Of a DNA stretch of 64,000 nucleotides, positions 40,172 through 52,375 are shown piece by piece. The translations under genes were made by a program, and so were the position numbers. The notes beneath the pieces are model-generated. The model worked only from the letters and a program-made list of their open reading frames with translations, made no database searches and was not told the origin of the DNA. The stretch comes from Eledone cirrhosa. Lineage: Eukaryota. The DNA is taken from the NCBI GenBank assembly GCA_964016885.1, contig OZ024743.1, positions 31,992,001 through 32,056,000 on the forward strand, in the 5' to 3' direction. Position 1 is the stretch's first letter, and each line of letters starts with the position of its first letter.

Positions 40172-41972
40172 TTACCTCTCTGCGTCCCGGGTATCGGGCT
40201 GCACAATTTCCATTAGGGTGGGGGATGGGTTGTTGGGTGGGGTGGTGGTTTGTGGAAGTGTGGGGGCATCAGTGTGTTGTGTGGTTGGGGAGCTTGGAGT
40301 TGTGTGGGTGTTTGGGGAGGGGGTGGGATAGTTTTTTAGGAGGACGCGGTTAATGGGCCCGACGCAGGGGGGACCCACGTCCTCTTTAAAATTGTTTTTT
40401 AAAGTTTTATAGGTGTCCTGTGGGGCCTTAGTCATTTTGAGGTGGGGGAAATCCCCTGCCTGGGTGAAGATAGGCCCTTGTGTTTTTATTAGATTGTTGT
40501 TGTACACAATGTTTAACAGTTTTTTGTTTCTTGTATTTATGTATGTGTATGCATGTTTTTGTTTTTGTGTGGTGTTTTTTGTTTGCTGTTGTTGTGAGCT
40601 CTTTTGTGTTGGTGTCAGTGTTATGTTTTGGGGAGGGTTTTTTTTCATTTGTGTGTCTGAGGTGTGTTTTCTTTTTTTTCTTTTGATTGTGTGGAAGTGC
40701 TCCTCCTCGTCTGACGACGAACTAGGGTCATCTTCCGCGTTGGAGGGGAGGGGTATATTTTCGGGTTGTGTTTGCGGTACGGGTGTTTTGGAAATTGTTT
40801 TTGTTTTTTGAGTGGAGGGGATGGGTTGGACATTGTTTTGTTTTGGTTTGAGCTGTGGTGGTTGTTTTTGTAGTGGTAGTTGTGGTGATTGTGTTGGTTG
40901 TGCAGTTGTTGGTGGTGTAGGCAGGATTGGGGTTTTCTTATTAAGTTGGGGACAGACAGCCCTCAGGTGACCTCTGGTTCCGCAGAGGTAACACGAGGGC
41001 CGTCTACCCTCAACGGTAATGTTGATGAAGGTTAGATCATCCAGTATGACGCGTTCAGGGATCTGGGCGATCCTTTCGGGCCTCATTTGAACTACAAGTT
41101 CGAGGCTCGTTCCACTGAACGCGTCACCCGATGCCTTTCCCATGGACACCAGCATGTCATCCTCCAGGTCCAGAAAACCTGTCAAAACCCACCATATGTC
41201 CATAATCGGCAGGATAGTGTGGATTTTTATTTTTTGTGTTCTTCTACCCATGTACGTAGGGTAGAAGGTGTATGCGGTGGATGTGATTGGTTTGATGGAC
41301 AGTTTCACTGCTGTGTCGCTGTCCTTCATGAGAATGGATAGACTCCCGTAGAGTCTATCCTTCTGAATGAAGGTGATGTCCTTCATGACGTCTTTTAAAA
41401 CCAGCTCTTTCTCGCTCTGTGATGGTTGAGCTGGTTTTTTACTTTTGTTCGAGATTGTCCTAAACATGACCGCGTTTAGGAGTCTCTGGCTTTTTAGTTC
41501 CGGGGGGGGGGGGGGAATGGATTGTGAATGAACCATTTTCCCCGTACACTATATATTTTTTTGCATCCGCCAGTAGCTCCTTCGCTTTTGTTATATCTAC
41601 TGGCAGATAGTCGAGGGTTTTCCTTGTCGTCTCGGCGAAGGAGAAATTTTGTTTGTTTGTGTTGTTGTTGTCGTTGGTGGTGTTGTTGTTATCATCGTTG
41701 TTGTTGTCACCGTTATTGGTCTTGTTGTTGTTGTTATTGTTATTGTTATTGGTGTTGTTTTCGTCCGTCGCATTGTTGTTGTTGTTGCTGTTGCTGCTGG
41801 TTCTTTGGGTTGTTGCCATGGCAACGTCAAGTTGTCGGTTAACAGGTGGAGAGAATTCTTCCTCTGGCTGACCTTTCTTCTTGACCTCTGCTACTGTGAC
41901 AGTGGCAGGGGGAAGCTGTAAGTTCATCTTCCCCTTTCCTCCTTCGAATTTTGGTGAAGAAGCTTCGGCCAT
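40172..41972 (-). pseudogene. Tx1 ORF1 (gag-like, CCHC knuckle)
   Basis: CYLCGTRGHLRAVC; single frameshift at G-run 41502-41515. Confidence 0.85.
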
Positions 41973-42190
41973 TAAAAAAAATATTGACTTTTCAACAAGA
42001 AAAAACTTTTTTGTTTTTTTTGTTTAACTATTTCGCCTAAAGGCGTAGAATATTTTGAGAGCCTGACCAGATCAAAGTTTGACCTGGCAGTCCCTCTACA
42101 AAATGGTACAAAAATTAAAGTTATCAGACAAGAATTTCTATAGAAATTTAAACAGAACTTACTCAGCAAGTTATACGCGTGTGTCCATCC

Positions 42191-42247
<57 letters not shown>

Positions 42248-42248
42248 T

Positions 42249-42283
<35 letters not shown>

Positions 42284-43889
42284 TTCATTTGGTGGGGGAC
42301 ATTTTCTCAGTTTTGAGTTTTTTTCCCTAGTCTGTCGTTTCGAATCACATTCTATCTCTTCTTCATTGTTCCAAGATAATAGGAGTCATTTTTGTCTGTG
42401 ACCAAGTGATGAGTCACTCACTTTTCTAGCAGGCTCTTGGAATAGGTGATTAAATGACCAACTTAGGTGTTTTCATATTTATATCTGGTTATGTCCTTGG
42501 AACTGTAGCTTCCGTGACTGGATGTTGCTGATGTATTTTTTTTCGGTGGGAGGGGGTACATTATTTAAATTCTCTAGCTCTTGTGCCTTATGTAAAGTTG
42601 CGGGTCCTTCTGCTCTAAACAATTATCTATCCCTAAATCCTTTATCGGTAACCACTACAGGACAAAGCTCCGGGATCATTTTGCGGTCTTAAAGAATCAG
42701 GCAAACTTGTATGCTCATCGAGATTTTGTTGTGCTACCAAATTACCTATATCGTCATGATAACTCTAGTATTTCTTGTCCCAAATACTGTGTAATTTGTC
42801 TATAAGTAGGCTTATAGTGCACCAACACAGCAGACGTAAAACGTGTAGTTCCATATATCCTGCTACGTCTAGTGCAGGTTTTAGTCTACGTAGCAGCGAG
42901 AGCTGCTTCTGCATTTGAAGGGCAAAGGAAAATTACATGTGGCCTCGGCATTGCACAGCTGAATTAACTTCGCTCCCATGTGCACGCACACGACACTTTC
43001 AAGTAGTTAAACGCTTGTTTTTGTGATATAATACTGACAAGCGTTTTTTATCATATTTTTCATTTAAATGTTCTATATTCACAGTTTATCTGTTGTAAAA
43101 TATGTTTGCAGAACACATGCTCCACCAATCAGTGTTATCATTAAAATATGCTTTCGTTTGGTAAGTCGTGTATGCGTAAGTGTAGATTTTTTTTTATTTC
43201 AACTTAATTTTTTCCAGACCTATCGCCCGAACCGGCTCAAAGATATCATTTTTCAGTGAAAAGTCAATATTTTCCCCTTTCAACATGCATGTTATATTTT
43301 GCTGCAACACCTTGCATGATTAACCTACTTTGAAACACATTTACTTTAAAATATTCAGCTATTCGCCCGGGTGCACTAGACTCGATGAAAACATTTGAGA
43401 ATTTCCTTGTATTGTTAAATCAAAAATTGATTTTTTTTTATGCAGTTTAAACTTGGCAGAAGCCAGATACTCGACGGGTGATATTAAAAGACACGCCTGA
43501 ACATGTCAGTAGTCAATAATAATAATAATAATAATAATAATAATTGTTTCTACTTTTGGCACAAGGCCATCAATTACCCAGTACATTACTGGTACTTTAT
43601 TTTATCGACCCCGTAAGGATGAAAGGCAAAGTTAACCTCGGCAGGATTTGAACTCAGACTGTAAAGGGACGTACCTATGCTAGAAAGCTTGGCGTCCAAC
43701 CCTCTACCGATTCTGCCAATTCACCGCCCCGATTTTTAGAACACTTCAAAAGGCATGCTTGCTGGGAACAGCAAGAACCCTCCGATACGTCCTGAATATC
43801 TGAGGCTGCAGGTAGTTGCTTGATATTCATTTCAACAAACTTTCCAGTTAACTAAGATCAATGACTGAGACTCAAAGAACAACAACAAC

Positions 43890-43940
<51 letters not shown>

Positions 43941-43942
<2 letters not shown>

Positions 43943-46900
43943 TTTCTTTATTAACCACAAGGGTTTACATAAAGTAGACATTAAGGACAGTACAAGACAA
44001 TACGGGGCGGTACAAGTGGGCATTTCTGCGTGTAAAAAAACAAGAAACAGAGGATGTAATAATAGAACAATGAAATAATTCCACAATAGGGGGGAGACAT
44101 CCGAGGGACATTCGTGGATCGGGGCATCACCGAAGAGGTAAGTGCTCGTCTTCAGCCCTTTCAAACGTGTCCACCATACTATCTCTTTCGCCATAGCCAC
44201 CAGACAGATAAAAACTGCCTGCCCTTCCCGGTTAAAGGAAGAGGGCGGGGCAATCCTCACGATGGACTCAGCTGATAACTGGATCCGTCCCACACGCAAC
44301 AGCAGGTGTTCGACATAAACCTACAAGTCAGCAATGCTCGGACACTGGAAGAGTGCGTGCAAGACGGTTTCTTCGCCCTGTGCGCATCTTGGACATGCCC
44401 GGCTGACGGCACCTCCATGCCTGTAGAGTTTATGCCGAACTGGCAAAGCTCCTCGGTAGCACTACCAGGCCAGGAATTTCTGGAAGTTGTCCATAGGCCC
44501 CGGCCCGAAAGTTCTTCCGAAGAGATTGGCTAGTTGATTTTCGTCGACGCCTAGAGTTTCCCCAAGTACGTCGTCGCACTTCCCCTCCACTAATCCTCTA
44601 TAGAACGCCAAGGTGGAGTTTCCACCGATCACATTGCCCGATTGGTCGAGGGCTGTGAGCGCCTGAAGACATTCCAGTCTCCAAGCGCTCCCTCTCGGTC
44701 TTCGCTTAACCCAGGTCTGCAGCTCCGTCAAGGAGACGAACTGGGGAAAGACGTGTCTAGCAAACGGAGACCACACCTGATCACCGTCGAGGAAGAGGTG
44801 GAAATGTCGTAGCCTGAGCACGTGTCTGCGCATCATCAGCCACGGCATGCCCAGCCGTCCACGTAGCCGGTGTTGACAGCAGATGGACCGCCTGACCATC
44901 GGAGCGCGTCCCTTGCACAAAAAAGCGAAAGAGCAAACGCTCCAGCGCAGTCAGGCGGGGCTTAGGACAAGGTAAGACGGTCAGGCGGTAGTAGATGATG
45001 GACGCGATATACGCGTTAGCCACCTCCACTCGACCTTTCAGGGATAGCTTCCTCTCGGCCCATTTCTGGGTGAGAGAAGCCACCCTGCTCGTCACCTCGT
45101 CCCAGTTTTTGTCCGTCTGGAGATCCGGACCGAACCAGACCCCGAGCAATTTAACTGGTCCGTCCGTCCAGCGCCCAACGACGCTATTGGACAGCATGGA
45201 CCTGCCTCTCCAGGTGCCGAGCTGCAGGCCCACTGACTTTTCCTGGTTGATCATTGCTCCTGTCACCGCTTCGTATTCTCTTAGTGTAGTGCCGATCGCC
45301 TCGATGTGTTTGACGTTCTACACCACTACGGTGACATCGTCTGCATAAGCTGACACGGATCTTCCGCATCTTAGTTCGCGCGGGACCCCCCTCAACATCT
45401 CCAGTTTGGGCAGTAATGGCACGAGAGTCAATACGTACAAGAGGGACGAGAGGGGACATCCTTGGCGGACCGAGCGCATGATGTTGAACGGTTCCGAAAG
45501 GTGACCGTTCACTCTCACCACAGAGCAGATGTCGCTGTGCATGGCAGCGATCCAGCCTCTGAAGACGGGCCAAAAGCCAGTCGCCTTCAGGACTGCTGCC
45601 AGGTAACGATGGTCGACCCTATCGAAAACTTTCGATTGATCTAACTTGATCAAGCACCCACCCGTGCCAGGTTACCTAGCTACGCTCTCTACGATGTATC
45701 GCATGAGTGTGAGGTTGTCGTGGATGGATCTGTCGGGAATGGCGCACGTCTGCGCCTCTCCCCCAGACCACCAACAACAAGCGCCAACCACTTTGCTAGC
45801 ACCTTGGCCAAAATCTTGAACTCTGTGTTTAGCAGAGTTATGGGCCTGAAATTATCTATGTTATCCCCCTTGTTCGGATCCTTTCTCAGCAGCGCCACAG
45901 CTCCTCGGCTCACAGAGCTGGGAATTCTCCCGTTCTGTTGCCAGTTGCAGTAGACGTCCGCCAAGAGGCCTCCGAACAGGTCTGGCATCTGTACGTAAAG
46001 TTCATAGGGCAGACCATCCAAACCAGGCGATTTACCCCTTGTGCAGCCAGTCATTGCCTCCCGTACTTCAGCGGCTGTTATCGGCTTTTCGCATCAATCC
46101 GCCTCAGTGGTCGAGAGCCGCGGCAGTCCGTCGAGGTAGACACTAAAGTCCATCCCTCGATTCGGCCCGCCGCTGCCCCCGAACAGCTGGTGGTGGTGTT
46201 GATGGTTGAGTCACTGGGGTGGGTAAGAGAGGTGGCCTCAATCTTTTAGCATGAGGGTAGAAAGCCCTTAGGTGGGTTCCTTCACCACAAACGACACACC
46301 TAGGCCTTCTGCCCTCGACGATTACTGTGAGGTGGCTTCCGTCAGTGAGGTCTATTACCTCTGGGATCTCCTCAATGTTTTTTTGGTCCGCTTGGATCAG
46401 GAGCTCCATACTAGATCCGGACCAGTTCTCCTGGTTTTCTTTCGCTATTTCGATTATCTTGGTGTTGGCTTCAATGTCGGCGAGGGCGGCAGCTATTAGC
46501 CAGGGAATTTCGATGGCCGGTGGAACGTGGGTCACCCTGATCTTCACAAGTCTCTGGCCACAATAGCTTGGGACGAGTGTGAAGTCGTCACTTCTTAATG
46601 GGGCCATGGAGTGTTCTCTGGCCTCCTGTGGTGTTTCAAAGAACACGTCCACGGTTCCATATTTCTGCCCACGTCTGATGTGGGGTTTTTTTGCCCACAC
46701 ATGTCCCAAAGCTTTTGCGATTTGGGACTCGGATGCCCGTTCCACTCGGCGCGATTTTATGTTAATCGTCTGATAAGACACGGTGCATAGACGCCAATGC
46801 CCCCATTTTATTAGGTGTGGTGGGGGGGGAGACTGACCCTTTACCCATCTTTCTTTACCATTTTTTTGGCTTCTTCTAATTCCTCCTGAGTTACCTGGAA

Positions 46901-47540
46901 TGCTTCGCACTGTTTTGCTACTCTGGCAAAACTCAGGGTGGTTTTCTTAATTTCATTGTTGCTGTTGTTGTTATCGTTATTTTTGTTATTGTTAATTTTA
47001 ATTTCAGTTGTGGTGGTAGTGGCGTCAGTGGTGTTCGGTGTGGAATAGTTCATTTTGGTTGAATTCATTTCGATATAACGAGTTAATTTATTTTTTTCTT
47101 TTGTTTCTGTTGTCGCTGTGGTGGTGGTGGGGGTGGCGGCTTTAACATCTGCAGTCATTGGTAATGGGGGGAAATGAATGTCTGCCTGAGACAAATTTAA
47201 AATATTGCTACTGCTTATATTTTTAGTGTTGGCAAACGTAGTAATATTTACAATGGTGGTGTCGGTGTGAGGTGTTAGTTTGTGAGGAAGGCTCTCAACT
47301 ATTGGGTTCAGCCGTGAGTCGGCCATGATTTTTCAAAGAAATTTTTTTGTTTTATAATTATAAAAGTTTAACTTTTGGGCTCAAGGCCTCAATCTTTTTG
47401 AGTGTCCTTTTCAGAAAACAATGTATGTGCACTTATATACAGTTAACAATAAAAGTTTTTCAGAAATGGCAATTTAAAACAACTGAAAACAACAAACCTT
47501 TGCGGAGCTTACGATGATACGATTTACTACGTAGGTCGCC
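43941..47540 (-). mobile_element. Tx1-clade LINE with internal deletion, in (AAT)n
   Basis: ORF1 pieces 46190-47326 (EGRRPRCVVCGEGTH) joined at about 46188 to pre-RT part of ORF2; AYADD at about 45340; (AAT)n both sides. Confidence 0.9.
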
Positions 47541-47589
<49 letters not shown>

Positions 47590-47590
<1 letters not shown>

Positions 47591-47886
47591 TACCAGTGGT
47601 TGTAGGCGCTCTGGGAATGATACCTAAGGGGTCTAATGACTACTTATCGCAAATCCCAGGAAACCCGCGTATAGGAGAAATACAAAAGATAGTACTAATG
47701 GGAACTGCCCATATACTAAGGAAGATTCTGTCAATATAAGTACATCACAAGTCTAAACACTAAAAATGCATGTGTGAATATGTATGTTCTTTCTTGAACA
47801 TGGCGGACCTTGTTGTCTCTTGAGGTCACTGGTTGTGACTTGGCGATAACTCGTATGAACATAAAGCAAGATAAATGCAACTGTAA
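47590..47886 (+). mobile_element. Dong/R4-clade LINE 3-prime fragment in (TAA)n
   Basis: Manual translation 47590-47739: IPVVVGALGMIPKG...EIQKIVLMGTAHILRKILSI*; TAA repeats both sides. Confidence 0.8.
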
Positions 47887-47923
47887 TAATAATAATAATA
47901 ATGATGATGATGATGATAATAAT

Positions 47924-49430
47924 GGTTTCTTTATTGGCCACAAGGGCTAACACGAAGAAAAACATTAGCGACGGCACAGAACAGTACAGGACGATTCAAA
48001 GTGGGTTTTGGTCGTGTAAACAGGTTATAACAAAATCGGGCTAGAGATCAAAAAAATTCAAACAACAAAAATTTCCCAGAAAGGGGGAAATCTCCGAGGG
48101 TCACTCGTGAAGAAAACAACACAAAAACGCCTCGGCCACCCTGACTACCAGGGCAAGCACCCTCTCTTAGTTTTCTCACTCCTCAGTTTACAGGCGCATA
48201 CTCAGAGAGGGTCCGTTCACTCGGACCAGACTCGCCACTTTCACCCACCTTTCAACAAACTTACTAGAAGACAGCACTTGCTTCTCCACACTGATTTTCC
48301 TCTTCAAGTGAAACTTGAAAAAGTTAATCAGGGATTGGCCGAAGAGGAAAGTGTCCGTCTTCAACCCTTTCAACCTTGTTCACCACACAATCTATTTCGC
48401 CATGGCCATTAGTCAGATGAAAACTGCCTGCTCTTCCTCCTCTTTAAAGGAGGATGGTGGGGCTATCTGCACAATCGACCCAGTCGATAACCGGATCCGT
48501 CCTACACGCGACAGCAGCTGTTCGACATAGCTCCACAAGTCAACAATCCTCGGGCAATGAACGAGTGCGTGCAGATGGTTTCGTCGCCCTGTGCGCATCT
48601 CGGACAGGCTCGGCTGACAGCACCTCTGTGCCTGTAGAGCTTATCACGAACCGGCAACGCTCCCTGGTTGCACTGCCAGGCCAGAGATTTCTGGAAGTTG
48701 TCAATAAGCTCCGGTCTGAAAGTAATCTTGAAGAGAGCTTACAGCTGATCGTTTTCGACGCCCAGGTTCTCCCCGAGAACATCGTCGCTCTTTCCCTCCA
48801 TTAGCCCTCTATAGAACGCCGAGGTGGATGTTCCACCGATTCTAGTGTCCAGCTGGTAGAGGGCGGTGAGCGCTTGGAGACATTCCAGCTTCCAAGCGCT
48901 ATCCCTCGATCTTTTCCTGATCTAGGATTGCAGCTCCGTCAAGGAGACGAGCTGGGGTAAAGAGCGTCTGGCAAACGGCGACCACATCTGTTCACCGTCA
49001 AGGAAGCAGCCTCAGCGCATGTTTGTGCATCACCAGCCACGGCATGCCTAGTCATCCACGCAACGGGTGTTGACAGCTAATGGAACGTCTGACCGTGGGA
49101 GTACGTCCCTTCCACAAAAAGCGGAAGAGAAGCCGCTCTATTTTGGTCAGAGTTGGGCGGGGGCAAGGTACGACGGCCGACCTTTCAGAGATAGCCTCCT
49201 CTCAGCCCAATTCTGGGTGAGAGAAGCCACCCTGTTCGTCACCTCGCTCCAGTATTTCTTCATCTGGAGGTCCGGACCGAACCAGACCCCAAGCAATTTA
49301 ACCGGGCCTTCCCTCCAGCACCCCACGACGCTGTCGGACGGCATGGACTTGCCTCTCCAGGTGCTGAGCTGCAAGCCTACCAACTTTTCCTGGTTTATCT
49401 TTGCTCCTGTCACCGCTTCGCATTCCTTTG
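47924..49430 (-). mobile_element. Tx1-clade LINE, 5-prime truncated and decayed
   Basis: GPVKLLGVWFGP, HALVHC; ends AATAAAGAAACC then (ATT/ATC)n. Confidence 0.88.
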
Positions 49431-50528
49431 ATGATAATAATAATAATAATGATAATGATAATAAAAGTTGTGATGTCGGTACTGTGGTAAAGAATGTGAA
49501 GTGAGCTTTCCTTTTGTTGTAGTTTCTTATAATATTGTTGTTTTTAAAAAGATAATCGTTATCAATCACTAGACTCGATGAAAACATTTGAGAATTATCT
49601 ATAGATATGATGAATTATAAATAAGTAGCAATGGCTTTCTAGTATGTCTTGTATAGGTGAACAAGTCTGTGTAACCTCTTCTACCATTCTATCAATTTTT
49701 CGAGAATCCTTTGTTCGATTGTCTGTATGTTTGCTTGTTCTTGTGTGTTTTTTGCTGCTTCTCTTGTTTTGTTTATTTAAACGTCTTCTTAGAATATCTA
49801 TTTTAAACTTCTCTTGTGAGAGTGATAGGGAATACAATCTTTATCTTTACTTTATGTATAGAAAAGGGAGTTATGGCATTTCCAGTATTCAGTGTGCTCT
49901 ACACACAATCTCCATTGAACAACAAACACTTTAGTGTATGTCGTGCTACTTTAGATTTGTCTTTGTTGTGGTTGTTGCAGTGGCGTGGTGAGTGAGGGTT
50001 ACAAAACGAATCAATCACCTATTATAAATATAAAAAGTGACATAAACATAAAAATCGAACTGGTTTGACATTGATTATTCAATAATCTTCTTTTGTATTT
50101 TGTTTTATGTATGTTATATGGAACGTACGTGATGCAGAAATAGTAACAGCTGATTTCAGTTTTAATGTTATGTCTAAATAAGGTCTGATTTCAAATCCCG
50201 CTGAGACCTGGTCTGCCTTTAACGGGTGGATAACATTTGTACCTATCAGGTACAGAGGTGATGTATTTCTCTTTACTTTCATCTAGTAGTCCGGTGTTTA
50301 TTCTGACTCTTTACATTCTGAGTTCAAATCGCGCAGAGGTCAACTTTGCATTCAACCACCATCGCCCAAAATTTACTGCCTAAAGCCTAAATTAGAAATC
50401 AATATATATGGGACTTAGTTGATGGAAAAGAAGTAACATTTTGACAATAGTGTCCAGTAAGATAATATTTAATATATACATATATATATGTATGTGTGCA
50501 TGTGTATAATATATATATATATATATAT

Positions 50529-52178
50529 ATAGTAATAATAATAAATTTGAAGACTAAAATCCAAAGATAAGGATAAATATATATCAAATATATAAGAACC
50601 GTAGAGCAAATATTTATTAAAATAACAGATTAAAGTTTAAGCAAAGAATCGCTGCTTTCACCCTTAACGGGATCTTCTGAAACTAATAAAGTCAATCTGT
50701 AAACGCAGAAGTGGATATTTCAAAAAACGTTGCAACCGGAGGAAAACAGGAAGACGATACTTTGGTTTGTGGAAACGTTCGCTGGCAAAGAACGGAAAAA
50801 AACGAATATAATGCGTCATTAATAGGAGCGGTGAAAAACAATTACGCGCAAAGATTCAAGCAGCGTCTTTACATGCATACCCATTCTTTTCGTTACCCTC
50901 TAAGAAGGAATATGACGTCACTTTCAGCTTATATCTGGAGTCTAAAAGACAACCACACCCAATATAAGTTACACTGGGAGATCCTAGTTAGGGCTAGATC
51001 GTATAACGGAAATAAAAGACCATGTGACCTCTGCGCCGCTGAGGCTCTGGAAATACTCTACGCCATAGACCACATCTTAAACAAAAAATCTGAGGCAATT
51101 TCGGCTTGTAAACATAAATTGCACAAAACTTTCCTGTATTACAGCCCCACGTTATACCCTAACGGATAGTACGATCTATACGTGGATATTTTACGTCTTG
51201 ATGTGGGAGCTAAGTATATGTTTTGTTTATACCATTACTTATTTGCATAGGTAAGTATATATTACCCGTATGTTTTGTGAAGGTACGTATACCTTCTCGT
51301 GCGTATATTTGATTGTTTATGTTATGGCGTATAATTTGTTTAATATATTCTGGTACATATGGTTTGGCTATGTGTATACGGGAGTTTCGCGTCTGTGTGA
51401 GTATGCAGGTTCGTACGTATGTAGGGTGTGTGTATATGTGTACTTCATGTTTTGGTTGACTTATGTCTCTGAACATTCGTGTATTTACATGTAGGTATGT
51501 GTGTGCGCTTGTTATATACGTATTTATTTATTTATATACGTTTATATATTTATTTATTTGTATACACGCATACACACACACATATTTATATGTGCGTGGT
51601 TTTGTATACCTATGGTAGTGTTTCGCGTATGCTTGTGTATGTACGTATTTGTTTGCGTGTATGTATTTATTTATTTCTATTACTTCTGTATTGTATTTAT
51701 TTACTTTGTTCTTAACTTTGTAGCAGAGATTCATTCGGTCTCCTAGTTAGAATTTTAGTCTACGACTTCTGCTATACCATTTACGTGGTTTTGTCTTTGC
51801 GTGCTATTGTTCTCCACGCTCCACTTATGACGTATTATCTTCGTTTTTTTCGTTCATTGCCAGAGAACGTCTCTATGAACCGCCTAAGAGAACGTTAGTC
51901 TACGACCTCTTTTATACCATTAACGTGGTTCTGTCTTTGCGCGTAATTGTTTTTCACCGCTCCTATTAATGACGTATTATATTCGTTTTTTTTCGTTCTT
52001 TGCCAGCGAACGTTTCCGCGAACCAAAGTATCGTCTTCCTGTCTTCCTCCGGTTGCAACGTTTTTTTAAATATCCACTTCTGCGTTTACAGATTGACTTT
52101 GTTAGTTTCAGAAGATCCCGTTAAGGGTGAAAGCAGCGATTCTTTGCTTAAACTTTAATCTGTTATTTTAATAAATAT
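50529..52178 (+). mobile_element. PLE endonuclease remnant (50856-51169) with inverted terminal repeat
   Basis: FKQR..H..SF, TSLSAYIWSLK, CDLC..E, LNKKSE...CKH; arms about 50611-50855/51933-52178. Confidence 0.88.
52104..52154 (+). ncRNA. HHR-like motif with CAGAAGA core
   Basis: agttt-CAGAAGA-t-ccc-gttaa-ggg-t-GAAA-gca...tg-CTT-aaact; same in mirror arm. Confidence 0.55.
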
Positions 52179-52237
52179 ATATATATATATATATGTGTGT
52201 GTTATATATATATATATAAAATATATATATATATATG

Positions 52238-52278
<41 letters not shown>

Positions 52279-52291
52279 ATATATATATATG

Positions 52292-52369
<78 letters not shown>

Positions 52370-52375
52370 ATGTAT

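Larger units (their letters stand above)
36486..42190 (-). mobile_element. near full-length Tx1-clade (L1 group) LINE in (GATA)n
   Basis: 5-prime UTR, ORF1, ORF2, 3-prime AATAAAAGAAAC; (GATA)n at 36421-36485 and 42191-42282. Confidence 0.93.
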
